From: Blepharisma stoltei ATCC 30299
Lineage: Eukaryota; Protista; Ciliophora
Direction: 5' to 3'
Length of the DNA stretch: 64,000 nt
Assembly: GCA_965603825.1 (NCBI GenBank)
Contig: CBFDEM010000027.1
Location: forward strand, 372,001-436,000
The translations under genes and the position numbers were made by a program. This document shows, piece after piece, positions 49,693 through 61,574 of the stretch. Position 1 is the stretch's first letter. Each line of letters begins with the position of its first letter. The notes beneath the pieces were generated by a model. The model saw nothing but the letters and a program-made list of their open reading frames with translations. It was not told where the DNA came from and searched no databases.

Positions 49693-50829
49693 ATGGGTGC
49701 GTGCAATTGTATGGGTCCTAAAAAAGAGGAAGGAGGAGTTTTAATAGAAGAAAGAAACGATGCACTTCTCAAACATCAAACTCAGCAAGAAAATGCAAAC
49801 GTAGAACCTGTAGTGCTTCCATCTCCTCCTATAATAACAGTAATTGAGCCTGCTATCACTAAGCCAGCTCTTAATCCTCTTCAAGCGCAATCAGCAGTAA
49901 GAGGATATTTATCAAGAAAACTATTTGTGAAAGAATCCAGAAATAAAACTTCAGAAGCAGCTCAAGCCTCAATGAATTATCCAGAATTAAATGAAGTTCC
50001 CGCAAACCTCTTAAGTAGTCAGGCAAAAGAAGTCTATGAAAGAGCAGGTCCTTATGCATTTGATGCTGCTCAGCTACCTGGGGTTACTTGGAGAGGGCCA
50101 ACAAAACTTCCAGATGGCAGTGTATATGTCGGAGAATGGAACGATAGAGGTCAACCTCAAGGAAAAGGCACGATGTATCACACAGATGGAGGTATTAGTG
50201 AAGGCAGCTGAAAAGCTGGAAAACTCCATGGGAAAGGTAGAAAAATCAATCCAGCTGGAGATATGTACTTAGGAGACTGGGTTGAAGGGAAAATGAATGG
50301 CAAAGGCCTCATGGAATACTGTGTAAGTAAAAATATCTACGAAGGAGAATGGATTAATGACAAACAGGAAGGCTTTGGCTCTGAAAAATGGCCAGATGGG
50401 TCAAAGTTCGAAGGAAACTACAAAGATAACCTCAAAAATGGACAAGGAAAATTTGTATGGGCTGATGGGAGTCACTATGAAGGCGGGTTCGTTAATAATG
50501 AAATTGAAGGGACAGGAAAATATGTGTGGACTAATGGAAGAGAATATGAAGGGGAATGGAAATCCAATAAAATGCATGGAAAAGGAAAGTTTAAATGGGA
50601 TGATGGAAGATATTATGAAGGAGATTATGTAATGGACCAAAAAGAAGGATATGGCATTTTTGGATGGCCTAATGGAAAGAGATATGAAGGACATTGGCTG
50701 AATGGGAAGCAGCATGGAGAAGGAACACTTTATAATGAGCAAGGAAAAGCGAGAAAAGGGGTCTGGGAAAATGGAAAACTAGCAGATAAAGGAAAGAAAA
50801 AGGGGGAAAAACCGACTGAAGTTGCTTAA
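49693..50829 (+). CDS. MORN-repeat protein with IQ motif, predicted N-acylated (MGACNC)
   Basis: AQSAVRGYLSRK; about 10 YxGxWxxGxxxGxG repeats; one TGA at a repeat Trp position. Confidence 0.92.
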
Positions 50830-51049
50830 ATTCAATTAATAGAATAAATAATTAGAATAATCAAACATAAATTGTAAATTATTTAATTTAAAAAGTGATG
50901 GTTTCTATTTCACCTTAAACACACAATAATGCTCCCCAAATAAGTCTGCATTTAAAATCTAAGCATAATCTTTGCATAAGCTTTTAAAAAAATTCTCCCG
51001 TTTAATTCAAAGCTAGATATTTTTCATTCCTAATAAAACTTTAAGGAAA

Positions 51050-53188
51050 ATGTCAGAGGAAGATCAAAAAGCAAGAATTAAAAATAGTTTTCTTCGAGCT
51101 CATACTCAAGCAGTAAAAGGCTGTGGAAGAAAATTTTGCCTTAATCCACATTGTGCTTCGTTCTCAGAATATAAAAGTTTAGACCCAAATCAAGCTGCTG
51201 CCAAAATAATAAGTTTATTGCAAAGCGCTCCTAATGGTGATATAGAAGCTTCTTCTAAATTTATATTATGCCCAGAAATATCCCCTAAAACTTCAATTGA
51301 AAATGTGAAGGCTGCAAGCTCAGATGATATCAGAAATTTGTTCCAAGATCTGAAGATTTTTGGGCTTAATTTTGTTTCTAATGGACTTTTGGCTTCTAAA
51401 AGTGCCTCAATAGACTGGGATGAATTAAATAATTTTTTTGGTTTTATATCAAATCTCGTTCAGCAAGGAATTTTAGCTGCTGATTGGCTTTATCAAGCAA
51501 TTAAACATTATCCTCAAGATTCATACAGTAATCTCTATATTCCTAGGATTACTTTGATGCTGCTCTTTATGCCAGAGCTCTCGGAAATCGAAAATTACAA
51601 CATTTTGGTAGAGCTAGCTAAATTACTATGCTCTTCTGAAGAATTCCTAACCCAATTTTCTTACTATATAGATGAGCTTAATCAAGAAAAACTCCAAAGT
51701 TTATTATGAAATGTCAAACAATTTTTATTAATAAAAATTTTGGATGGCTATAAAGGAAATAAAAGTCAAATTTTATATGTGATTAGGCTAACGGAGGCCC
51801 TCTACAACTCTAATGAAAGGGTAAAAAGAGTAAATTATAGTGAATTTTATAATGATGCTGTTAATATAGAAGAAAAAAATGAAGAAAACGAGCAGGAGTT
51901 TGAAGAGTGGAAAGAAGAGGAAGGAAAAATCGACATTAAGGAAGAGTATGAAATATTTCTTAATTTGATTGAGCAAGGATATGATAAAAATGATCCTAAT
52001 CTATTTTCATTTGCGTTTTATCCGTGGGTTTTAGATGCAAATACAAAATCAACGTTTTTGCAGTATGAAAATAAGTATAAAATGCTTAGAGAAATACATG
52101 ACCCAATAAATCTATTTCTGATAGGCATTTATTCAATACTTGATGTAAGAAGAGAAAATCTCATCGAAGACACTCTTAATCAGCTGCTAAGTGGAGCAAT
52201 AAATCTCCGAAAGCCAATAAAGGTAAGATTTTTAGGTGAGGAGGGGATAGATGCAGGTGGAGTTAAAAAAGAATTTTTCCAGCTGATTGTTAAAAAGCTT
52301 TTTGACCCAAGTTTCAGCATGTTTAACCTTTATGAGCCTCAAAGAATTTATTGGTTTAACCCTGATACATTAGAGCATAAACTTAATTTTGAGCTGATTG
52401 GGGTCATCTTAGGTTTAGCGATATATAATGGCGTTATCCTTGATATTCAAATGCCATTAGCTGTTTATAAAAAATTATTAGGAATTCCGACAACAATTGA
52501 TGATTTAAAAGAACTTGATCCAGAACTTGTAAAGCAGTTTGAATTAATGCTAAAAACTGAAGAAAACGTTGAAGAGATTTATTGCCGCAACTTTACATTA
52601 GAAACCAAAATGTTCGATCAAGTAATTGTGCATGAACTCAAAGAAAATGGATCAAAGATCACTGTCACCAACGAAAATCGACAAGAGTTCGTGGATTTAT
52701 ATGTAGACTGATGGCTTAACAAAGGAATTTCAGAAATATTTGAAGCATTTAAATTAGGGTTCTTAAAAGTTTGTGAAGGTGATGTTATACATTGGTTTAA
52801 GCCAAAAGAGCTTGAATTATTGATTTGTGGCAATCCTATTCTTGATTTCTACGAGCTTGAAAAAATCGCGAAATATGAAGGTTTTACTAGAAATTCAAAA
52901 ACTGTATATTTTATGTAGATTGCCATGTTTTGGGAAATTGTCCACTCTTTCACTGAAGACGAAAAACGAAAATTTTTAAAATTCGTAACAGGATCCGATA
53001 GAGCCCCTATCAATGGGCTTGGAACAATAGAATTTGTGATTGCGAAAAACGGAGAAGACTCAGACAGGCTGATGACGGCACACACATGTTTTAATCATTT
53101 ACTATTGCCTGAATATACTAATAAAGAAACAATGAAAAAGCTAGTCTTACTTGCTATTGAGAATTCAGAAGGATTTGGTCTTAGATAA
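51050..53188 (+). CDS. HECT E3 ubiquitin ligase, UBE3A-like with N-terminal AZUL Zn finger
   Basis: [12 protein letters not shown]; [15 protein letters not shown]; [12 protein letters not shown]; AHTCFN (catalytic Cys); EGFGL. Intron 52904-52918. Confidence 0.93.
52904..52918 (+). other. 15-nt intron gtatattttatgtag
   Basis: Removes a TAG and restores SKT|IAMFWEIV. Confidence 0.9.
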
Positions 53189-53210
53189 AAATTAATCAAA
53201 AGATTTAAGA

Positions 53211-53903
53211 TTAAATAGGTCTTGATAGAAAATATCTCAAAGGACAATAGTCTGTCGGCGCAGGTGTTTCTGTTTTTTTCGCAAAATCCATTCGTTTGCC
53301 TCCTTTCGGAATGACCGCACATGGAGATTTACTTCTAACTTTTTGTTCATTATAATCATAATACCCAGGACCTGGGCTGGAAACCTTTGATTCCGTTAAC
53401 TTCCTCTTTTCTTTGCTAAAAGTCCCAGGACTATTTATGTGGCTAAATTCAGAGTTATATTTCTGCGTATTTTGGCTGATGGATCGGCTTTGGATTATAT
53501 TTAAGTTTGAGAAGCTTTTATTTAATGGAATGAACTTTGACCTTGACCAATGATTATCATCATATAAATCAGCAGATCGAAAAATTGGTAACGGGGACCC
53601 TGGAGATTTTTTTTCAGGAGTTTTCGGCTCTGTTGAATTTTGAGTTTTTAAATCTGGACTTGGCTGGGTTGATTCATCTCGAATTATCCCGCTAGAGGAG
53701 GTTCAGATAATATCGACAGCATTATTAATAATGATTTTCAAGTCCTCTTTGAAATTGGGGTTCTGATTAAGAGATGAAGAGCTGATGTCTTCAAGTAATA
53801 GATTGAGTCTGCTTAAAAAACCTAATTTTTCTAGCCCAATAACGCTATCCTGGACATTTTGGTAAGTGCTTATTTTCTCTTTTATCTTTGATCGATATGA
53901 CAT
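53211..53903 (-). CDS. Hypothetical protein with SHIPPO/PGP-like motifs
   Basis: Extends past TGA 53703 to TAA 53211; SPGPGYY and TPAPTDY motifs. Confidence 0.68.
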
Positions 53904-54194
53904 TTATTAAATAACTCTACTGATTTAATTTGATTTGGTGAATAACAATTTTATTGAAAATTGAGCCAAAATTATTTCTTTATACCCAAATCGAAACAAA
54001 TAATTTAAATAATAAATAAAATTTTTAGTAATCAATTTTTTTTAAAATACTAAAAACTCTTAAAAATTGTCATACACTTGCTTTATAAATATTTAAAAAA
54101 TGCCAAATAATTAAGCCTTTTCCAATTTTTAATGTCGAAAAATGTAAAGATTTTATTTTAAATTTTTGAATTATTATTTAAAAAAACGTTAAAC

Positions 54195-57100
54195 ATGGAA
54201 GGATATACTGAAATTTTCGCTTGGGGAGCAGACCACTTCGGCCAATTAGGACTTGGAGGTAAATTAAGTGGCAAGACATATACACTTCCACGATTTTGTA
54301 GTTTCAATGTTATAATCAAAGATATCTCATGTGGCGAAGAACATAGTGCTTTTATTTCTTCTTCAGGGCATGTTTACTGTATGGGCAGCAACAGTGATGG
54401 CAGGCTAGGAATTGGCGACAAATCAATAAGGTTAAGTTCTTCTCCTTGCTTAGTCGAAAGGTTATCAAATTATAAAGCATCTCGAATCTCCTGCGGGTGG
54501 GGTCACACTATTGCAGTAACTGAACAAGGCTTCGCTTTTTCATGGGGTGTTGGAGAATTTGGAGCACTCGGAAATGGAAGTAATGATACTCAATGAACCC
54601 CTGTAAGAATGGAAGTTCCTGAAAACTTGAAAATAAGGCAAGCTAGCTGTGGGTCAAGGCATACTGCACTGATTGCTGAAGAAGGATACAGGAAAATTTT
54701 ACTCACATGTGGAGCTGGAGAAGCAGGACAATTAGGAACTGGCAGAAGAGAAAAAGAATTAGCTCCTGTGTATATTCATACAAATGAAGATGTAAAAAAT
54801 GCAGCTTCAGGAGTATATCATACACTATTTGTTACAGTAAATGGAAGCGTCTATGCAATGGGTGGAAATTCCTTTGGCCAGCTTGGAACTGGGGATAAAA
54901 AGAGCTATAGTAGGCCTGAAAAAATAAAGCACTTAGAAAATGTTTATATTGAAAAAGTAAGTGCAGGGCAACATTCAGCAGCTTTAAGTGATAAAGGTCA
55001 TTTATTTGTATGGGGAACGAGTGCATTTGGTGAATATTTGTTACCACAGCGATTTAACAATGGGTCTGGGCCAATAAAAGATGTAGACATAGGAGGAAGT
55101 TTTGGAGCTGCTTTGGATTCTTCAAATACTTTGTATGTATGGGGAGGAAATAGTAATGGAGAACTTGGTCTTGGAGATGCAGAAACAAGAACAAGCATGA
55201 CTCCAGTCTCAGCATTAAAAGATAAACAAGTAAGAAGCGTAGCTTGTGGGGGTGGATTTTGCATCGGCCTTGGAAATGATATAGCTTCTCCTTATCGGCC
55301 AAACAAAGACCAGGCATCAAGATCAAGGGCTGCAACTCCTAGTAGATGGCAAGAGCCAAGTCAAAGCAGAGAAGTGACTCCTGATTCTTCATTTACAAGA
55401 AATAAACGGGATGAAAGAAACCAAGAACAAATGCCAAGGTTCTCATTGATGGAAGAAAAACACCACACACGAGCTAGGAGTGTACTTGGAAATAAAAACT
55501 CTATAGAAGAAAGAACAATAATAAACAGAAGCAGAGATGCCTCGAAAAACTCATATACCTTGCAAAATTTAGCAGAAAACCAGTATGACCAAGATACTTC
55601 TGAAATATTGAGACCTGACTTTTCAAGCTTAGTAAGAAATCGCAAAAGCAAGAACTTGTCTACTGATATGAATTTCAGTGCTCAAGATATAGTAGCTTTT
55701 GATAGAGGGCAAGCAAGGACTCCACTAATTGGATCTAGAGAGCTATCAAGAAAAGAGCGGGAAGCTGATATAGAAATCGAAAATACGAAGCAAAGGAACG
55801 AAAAGCTGATGAGAACGATGGAATTTGATTTTAACAGCAAACAAAGGAAGTTAGAGTCTCAAATTCAAGACTTGGAATATAAGCTTGACACTAAATGCAA
55901 GGATAATGACAGACTCTTACATGAACTTAAGCAAGTGTCATCTCAATATCAAGACTTAAAAGTAGAAAATGAAAGGCTTGGGGCTAACTTTTCAGATGAG
56001 CACACCAAAAATGAAAGACTGGAAATAGAATTCCAAGAAATGTCAGAGCAGCTTTATAGAGCAAAACAAGAGATTGAGCAGCTGCAAGCTAAAAATAAAG
56101 CTATAGTAAGAGATTTGCAAGCAGCTGAGTCTAAGCAAGCTTATCAAAACAAAGCAAATGAAGCTAAAGAGAAAGAAATTGAAAAACTGACAAGCAGAAA
56201 TCGGCAGCTGGAAATAAAACTTCAAGATGCTGAAGTCGAAATCGACAGACTTTCTGATAAACTGAATGTAGAGTTGACCAATAATGAAAGGCTTGGACTA
56301 AAAAACCAGGAATATAGCGAACAATTGATGATTTTGAAAGAAGATCTTGACTTTTCAGTTGCAAACGTAACGGAGCTGGAGTTCCAAAACCAAAGCTCAA
56401 ATTCAGATAATTTAATGCTTAAAAAAATGATTGAAGACTTAAAACAGCAGTATAGTCAAGAAAAAGAAAAGAACATATTGCAATCCAACGATGAAAAACT
56501 GAAAAGAACCCAATTGGAAAGGGTAATAGAAGAAGAAAAAGCAAGGAGAGCTCAGCTAGAAAAAAATATTGAAGAAGAAAGAAGCAAGAAAATGAGCTTA
56601 CAAAGGCAAATTGATGAAGAAAGCTTCAAAAGAAATCAAGTTGAAAAACAGTTTGATGATGAAAAGCTCAAAAGAAACCAAGCTGAAAGGCAGATTGATG
56701 AAGAAAATTTCAGAAAAAATCAAGTAGAGAGGCAGCTCGAAGAAGAAAAAATACAAAAAATGCAACTGGAAAAACAGCTGGAAGATGAAAAGCTTAAAAG
56801 GATGCAGACAGAAAACAATCTTCAGCTTATTTATGAAGAAAAAAGGAAAGTAGATGAATTTTTAAGACAAACGCAATCCCAGCTCGACAGCACATCAAAT
56901 AAGCTGTCGCAAATTTCCAATAAATATGAAACTGACAAGAACAGCTGGTCACTTTCTGCTGATAAAACGAATAAAGAAGCTATTGATTTGAAATCAGATC
57001 TAGAAAGATTTAAACGAGAGTGCTCAGACCTTAAGCTCTTCATTGACCAAGTTAACAAAGAGAAGATTGATTTGCAATCAGAGCTCGATAAAAAGTCTAG

Positions 57101-57857
57101 AGAAATCCTTGAACTGCAATCCAGCTTAGAAGATGTATCATATGAGCATGATAAGGCTAAGCAATTCCTTACAGAAAACAAAGCCCAATCAGATCAAAGT
57201 CTTGCTACATATGAACAAGAAAATCGGTATCTAAAACAAAGCATCAGTGATATGAAATACGAAGTAGAAAAACTGGCACAGCAAATATCTGAGCAGCTTG
57301 AAGTGATTGATATTGCTTCTAAAACTAGCGAAGAATGGGAAATAAAATACAATAAACTTCAAGCTGACAATCAGCAACTTCAAATAGAATTTTCTGAATT
57401 GGAAGCAAAAAACAAGCATTTATTCGAAAGTCTTGAAAAAGAATTGTCATTGAGAGCTAAGGAATATAAAGAAAGGACGCTGTCTATGCTTACCACTCCA
57501 ATGAGAAGTACCCAAGCATCTCCATTTATAAGCAAACCGTCAATCATGGTGTCAACGTCTCCTTATGAATCTTTTGGGATGTCAACTCCTCTGAATAGAA
57601 AAACACCTTTGCCTGAGCAGCATGAAAGGACTGGAAATGCAGCTGCAAAACTGCTTGAAACACTTGAAGCTGAGTCGCCTTTGAGAGGAAACTCACCAAC
57701 AAGGCTTAATATGAGCTCTTTATCACCACTTAGAGGAGGACAGACTATGCCTACTAGAAGTACAACGCCATCAAGACACGATCTTAATTCCAGAGTTAGT
57801 TCACTTATGCAAAGCCGAGCTCGCTTAAGAGAGCTTGAAAATGCTGGAAATATTTAA
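54195..57857 (+). CDS. RCC1-repeat beta-propeller + long coiled-coil protein (~1220 aa)
   Basis: WGADHFGQLGLG, SCGEEHS, SCGWGHT and further RCC1 repeats; one TGA joins the two ORFs. Confidence 0.9.
56490..56825 (+). repeat. Eight degenerate 42-nt (14-aa) coding repeats
   Basis: DEKLKRTQLERVIE / EEKARRAQLEKNIE / ... / DEKLKRMQTENNLQ. Confidence 0.8.
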
Positions 57858-58103
57858 ATTATAACATATTTTTAAATTTAATTCTATAGCTTTTTCCCAG
57901 TCATGCTAATTTTCCACCAAAGAAGGTTATATGAATATCTAATTTTTATATGAGCTATCTTTATTTGAAACCAAAAGCAATTTTAATAATATATCTATAA
58001 TAATTAATAATTTTATTGAATAATGTGCTAACGCGACTAGTCATTTTTTTAAATTAACGGAAAAATCAGCATTTAAACTAAATTTTTATTTAACGGCATA
58101 TAA

Positions 58104-59420
58104 ATGATTATTTTGCTACTTTGCTCAATTTTAGGTGTCTACTCTGGAGCACCTGGTCTTTTTAAAGCGCCTACATTACTATCAAAATCATCCCAACCTA
58201 AATCAAGCTGGGATCTTACAATGGAAGAATTTGATGCCCTTCAAAATAATTTCAAACGTTCTTACAATGATTTCGTTAAATGGGGAGAAAAACTTCATGA
58301 ACTGAAAATGCAAGCGAGTGATGAGATATTAAAAGAATTATTTGGAAACGTAGGAAGAAGAGACTTTAAAAAAGAAATCAGGAGATGCGGATTGTTTACA
58401 CATGTTGAAGCTGATTTAAAATATGTTAAAAATGTATGCAAGGCAGACAGCCCAAGTTATGAATTTATTAAAGATATATTAAGCAGCTTAAAAGAGTCTG
58501 CAAGCTCATGTGAAACTTTACCTGTGAAGCATAAAGATGAAATTATTAAAATTTATGAGGAGTATGGAAATAAGCCAACAAGTTTTCTCGAAATTGAAGA
58601 AAGCATTATGGAAGCAATTCTGCAAGGAGAAGGATCAGTAGGGTTTCTTGAAAACATGCTAGGAGTTGGAATGGAATCGAATGCTGAGATGGAATTGAAA
58701 GATATGGATAATGCTAGTGAAGACAAGAAAGTAAAACCTAAATTTATTGAGCTTGAAAAAGGAGGAGTTTTTGAATCTGTTGTTCTTATTGAAGATAATA
58801 AGAAAAGTGATAATTTGTCTGAGGAAGAAATAGAAGGAGACTTAGTAGAGGAGCTAGAAGATGTGAGTGAAGATCTTCAAGACTCAGATGAAGGGTTAAT
58901 TCAGCAAATTGACATAATACCACCTGTTGATTTACAAACTGGGCCTGAAGAAATATTAGAGTCATTAGAAGAAGAGAGCTCTGAAAATTTAGAAAGTGAA
59001 GAAGAAGAAGAAGAAGAATCTTTGCAAAGTGTTGAAGACGCTGATGAAACTGCCTTGATAAGTGTAGAGGAGACTGCTGCTGATGAGCCTGTGCTAATAG
59101 ATGCAGAGGAAAGTGTAGCTGAATCTGAACAAGAAAGTGAAATGGTCGAGGAAGGTCAGGATAATAATTCTGAAATCAAAGAAGAAGCTAATGATATCAA
59201 AACTGATACTGCTTCTGAACAAGTATCTAAGCCTGCTAGTGAGAAAGTGGATGATATAAAAAGTGTTGATGAAATAATAGAGAATCCACTTCAAACTATT
59301 ATAGACAACTATGCCAAGGATACAGAGAACTTGTGTAACGAATTTCATGAGCTTGTTTCTCAAATTATCAAGCTTACAGATTCTGGGCATATCATTATGA
59401 ATAGATTCTTCATTGAGTAA
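58104..59420 (+). CDS. Secreted, highly acidic protein
   Basis: Signal peptide MIILLLCSILGVYS; E/D-rich C-terminal half; SFLE-like motifs. Confidence 0.78.
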   Translation: MIILLLCSILGVYSGAPGLFKAPTLLSKSSQPKSSWDLTMEEFDALQNNFKRSYNDFVKWGEKLHELKMQASDEILKELFGNVGRRDFKKEIRRCGLFTHVEADLKYVKNVCKADSPSYEFIKDILSSLKESASSCETLPVKHKDEIIKIYEEYGNKPTSFLEIEESIMEAILQGEGSVGFLENMLGVGMESNAEMELKDMDNASEDKKVKPKFIELEKGGVFESVVLIEDNKKSDNLSEEEIEGDLVEELEDVSEDLQDSDEGLIQQIDIIPPVDLQTGPEEILESLEEESSENLESEEEEEEESLQSVEDADETALISVEETAADEPVLIDAEESVAESEQESEMVEEGQDNNSEIKEEANDIKTDTASEQVSKPASEKVDDIKSVDEIIENPLQTIIDNYAKDTENLCNEFHELVSQIIKLTDSGHIIMNRFFIE

Positions 59421-59699
59421 CATTAAATAACTTTATGTTTTAAATATCAAAATAAACGAAGTATATTAAATTTTTCAAAAAGCAAAATAGCTGATATGTC
59501 TGATAATTTTAAGCGAGACCCAGCTGACATTGGATTAATTAATTTTTGCTTATATTTATATAAAAATACCCTGCTCTAATAATTTCTTCATATATTTGTC
59601 AATGTGAAATATTGCCAAACATATGAGTTCTAAATATTGCTAATTTATTGTCAATAATTTTTAACCATGAAGATTTATTAATTCTCTAGTGTCTTATTA

Positions 59700-60356
59700 A
59701 TGCTAAGCAAAAGGAAGACAGAAATAAAGTCAAGCCTGAAATCCAAGCTTATTCTACTAAACTCTGCACTCGCATCAAAAGATTCATTTCTCCCGAACTG
59801 CAAACCTCCTCCAATCAAATATTCAAGACCTAAATCATCTAGTTCCAAATCTCCATTTGAAGTGAATGGAACTCAAATTTTAACCCCTATTAAGGAACCT
59901 CTTCCTCTTCAATCCGCAAACTATATCGAATTATTAAATCATTCATTAGTTTATTCTTCAACGATTTCCCACAGTGCCAAGTATATAGCACCGATTTCTC
60001 GATTTGATTTATCTTCATGCGCAGATGGAGAATTTGTGCAACCGAAAACAAAAAGAGATCGCTCTTCTTTTAGCAGTAACCTGAAAAGGAGAAAAAAATC
60101 AGCAACTGTCGATCAAGGCTCATTTATAAGAAGCAACTTTGAAGTTCCTATTAAAGTCAGTCTTAGCAACAAATCAGTTGGAAATATATCATTTACTACA
60201 AGCAAATGCTTGCCTAAGTTTCATATATTAAAGTATCAGGAAAATGCCCGTAGAAACACCGCGAGCTCGTTCAGCTCATCTTCATCTAAATTTGCGGTTA
60301 AAAGAGTGAAGATACCATCTACGAGCAATTTTGACTTGACTCCTGTAAATATTTAG
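59700..60356 (+). CDS. Hypothetical basic Ser-rich protein
   Basis: 218-aa ORF ending TAG. Confidence 0.6.
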   Translation: MLSKRKTEIKSSLKSKLILLNSALASKDSFLPNCKPPPIKYSRPKSSSSKSPFEVNGTQILTPIKEPLPLQSANYIELLNHSLVYSSTISHSAKYIAPISRFDLSSCADGEFVQPKTKRDRSSFSSNLKRRKKSATVDQGSFIRSNFEVPIKVSLSNKSVGNISFTTSKCLPKFHILKYQENARRNTASSFSSSSSKFAVKRVKIPSTSNFDLTPVNI

Positions 60357-60447
60357 GTAATCAAAGTTTTAAGTGTAAATAAGCAATAAATATTCTAGTA
60401 TTTATTTAAATAGTCTATTGTTTATGCAGCAATTATTTCATGATTAG

Positions 60448-61518
60448 CTAAAGTGTTGATCTGAAGTCCTCATCTCTAGACAATGCAATAATCGGTTCAG
60501 AATACTCGCCCTTTGGAAGCAGCTTGTGAGGCTGCTGTGTTCCTATTTCAACACTCAGAGGGATTGGATTGAATCTATGCACCCATTCTGGCCTCGAAAC
60601 ATTGCCAATTTTTGTCCTTTTCAACTTTTCAGCTTCTTCTTTCTCCTTGATCATTTGTTTCTTATTTTTCGTCTCAGTTTCTGCTGAATCCTTATCAAGC
60701 TCTAATCTCGCAAGCTCTGGCTTTGGCAGTCTTAATACAAAATCAGGCTGCCCGAGATCTTTCGGGTTATACTCTTCTCTAAACTTGTGCTTAGAAACGT
60801 CTATGTATTCATCGAAACCAGTTTTGCCTGCTTTTTCCCTTGCTACAATCATTTTTCTTGTTGTTGCATCTGGGAGCCAAAACGAAGTCACGAATTCAGG
60901 CTTTTCATTTTTGTTTTCTTTTGGAGGCTCTGGAGGTAAAAGAACTTCTTCTAGCAAGAATGCCTCATATTTTTCTGGAACTGAAATAGGGGGAGGCTTA
61001 GCTATTTCTTCAGGCTCTCTTTCAGGTAAATTGAGGATATCGAAATCAGGAACCATTCCATTGGTTTTTTTCAAAAGATTAGTAACGTCTATGTATCTTT
61101 GTTTGGCCTTAAATGTGAATTTTATATCTCCTTCTTTTGGGCACATAGCATTCGTAGTTTTTTCGACTGCGCTTTGTTCATATTTCTGTGGAGATGATTT
61201 ATTAAGCCGAACTGAACCTTCAGGGTTTATCATCCCTTCAGTTATTTCCAGTTTCTCAAGAGGTTTTTGCTTAGGATCAACCGCTTCAGGGATATTTTTA
61301 TTCTTTGGAAGGTGTTTTAAAGTCTTTTTATATCAATATAAAAACTCATGCAACTCATAACCACTAAAAGGCCCATGCTGCTCTGTAAGATCGCCGATCC
61401 AGTCCTTCCCTTCTTTCATTAGCCTGTCAAAATGCTTTCTGTTTTTCGGGTTTGCTACAATTTCATTAGCAATTCTTCTGCCTCTTTCTGCAAGTGTAGT
61501 CCTCCTCAAGCTCGTCAT
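60448..61518 (-). CDS. Hypothetical protein (356 aa)
   Basis: ORFs 61333-61518 and 60448-61233 are in frame through TGA. Confidence 0.72.
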
Positions 61519-61574
61519 AATTTATTAACTGATATATTAAAATAGATTTCAATAATAAACATTTCTAACCAAAA

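Noticed and set aside
44354-61360. Long antisense ORFs (44354-44875, 56831-57181, 60569-61360 and similar)
   Set aside because: F/S/L-rich shadows of K/E-rich genes on the opposite strand, with no independent motifs.
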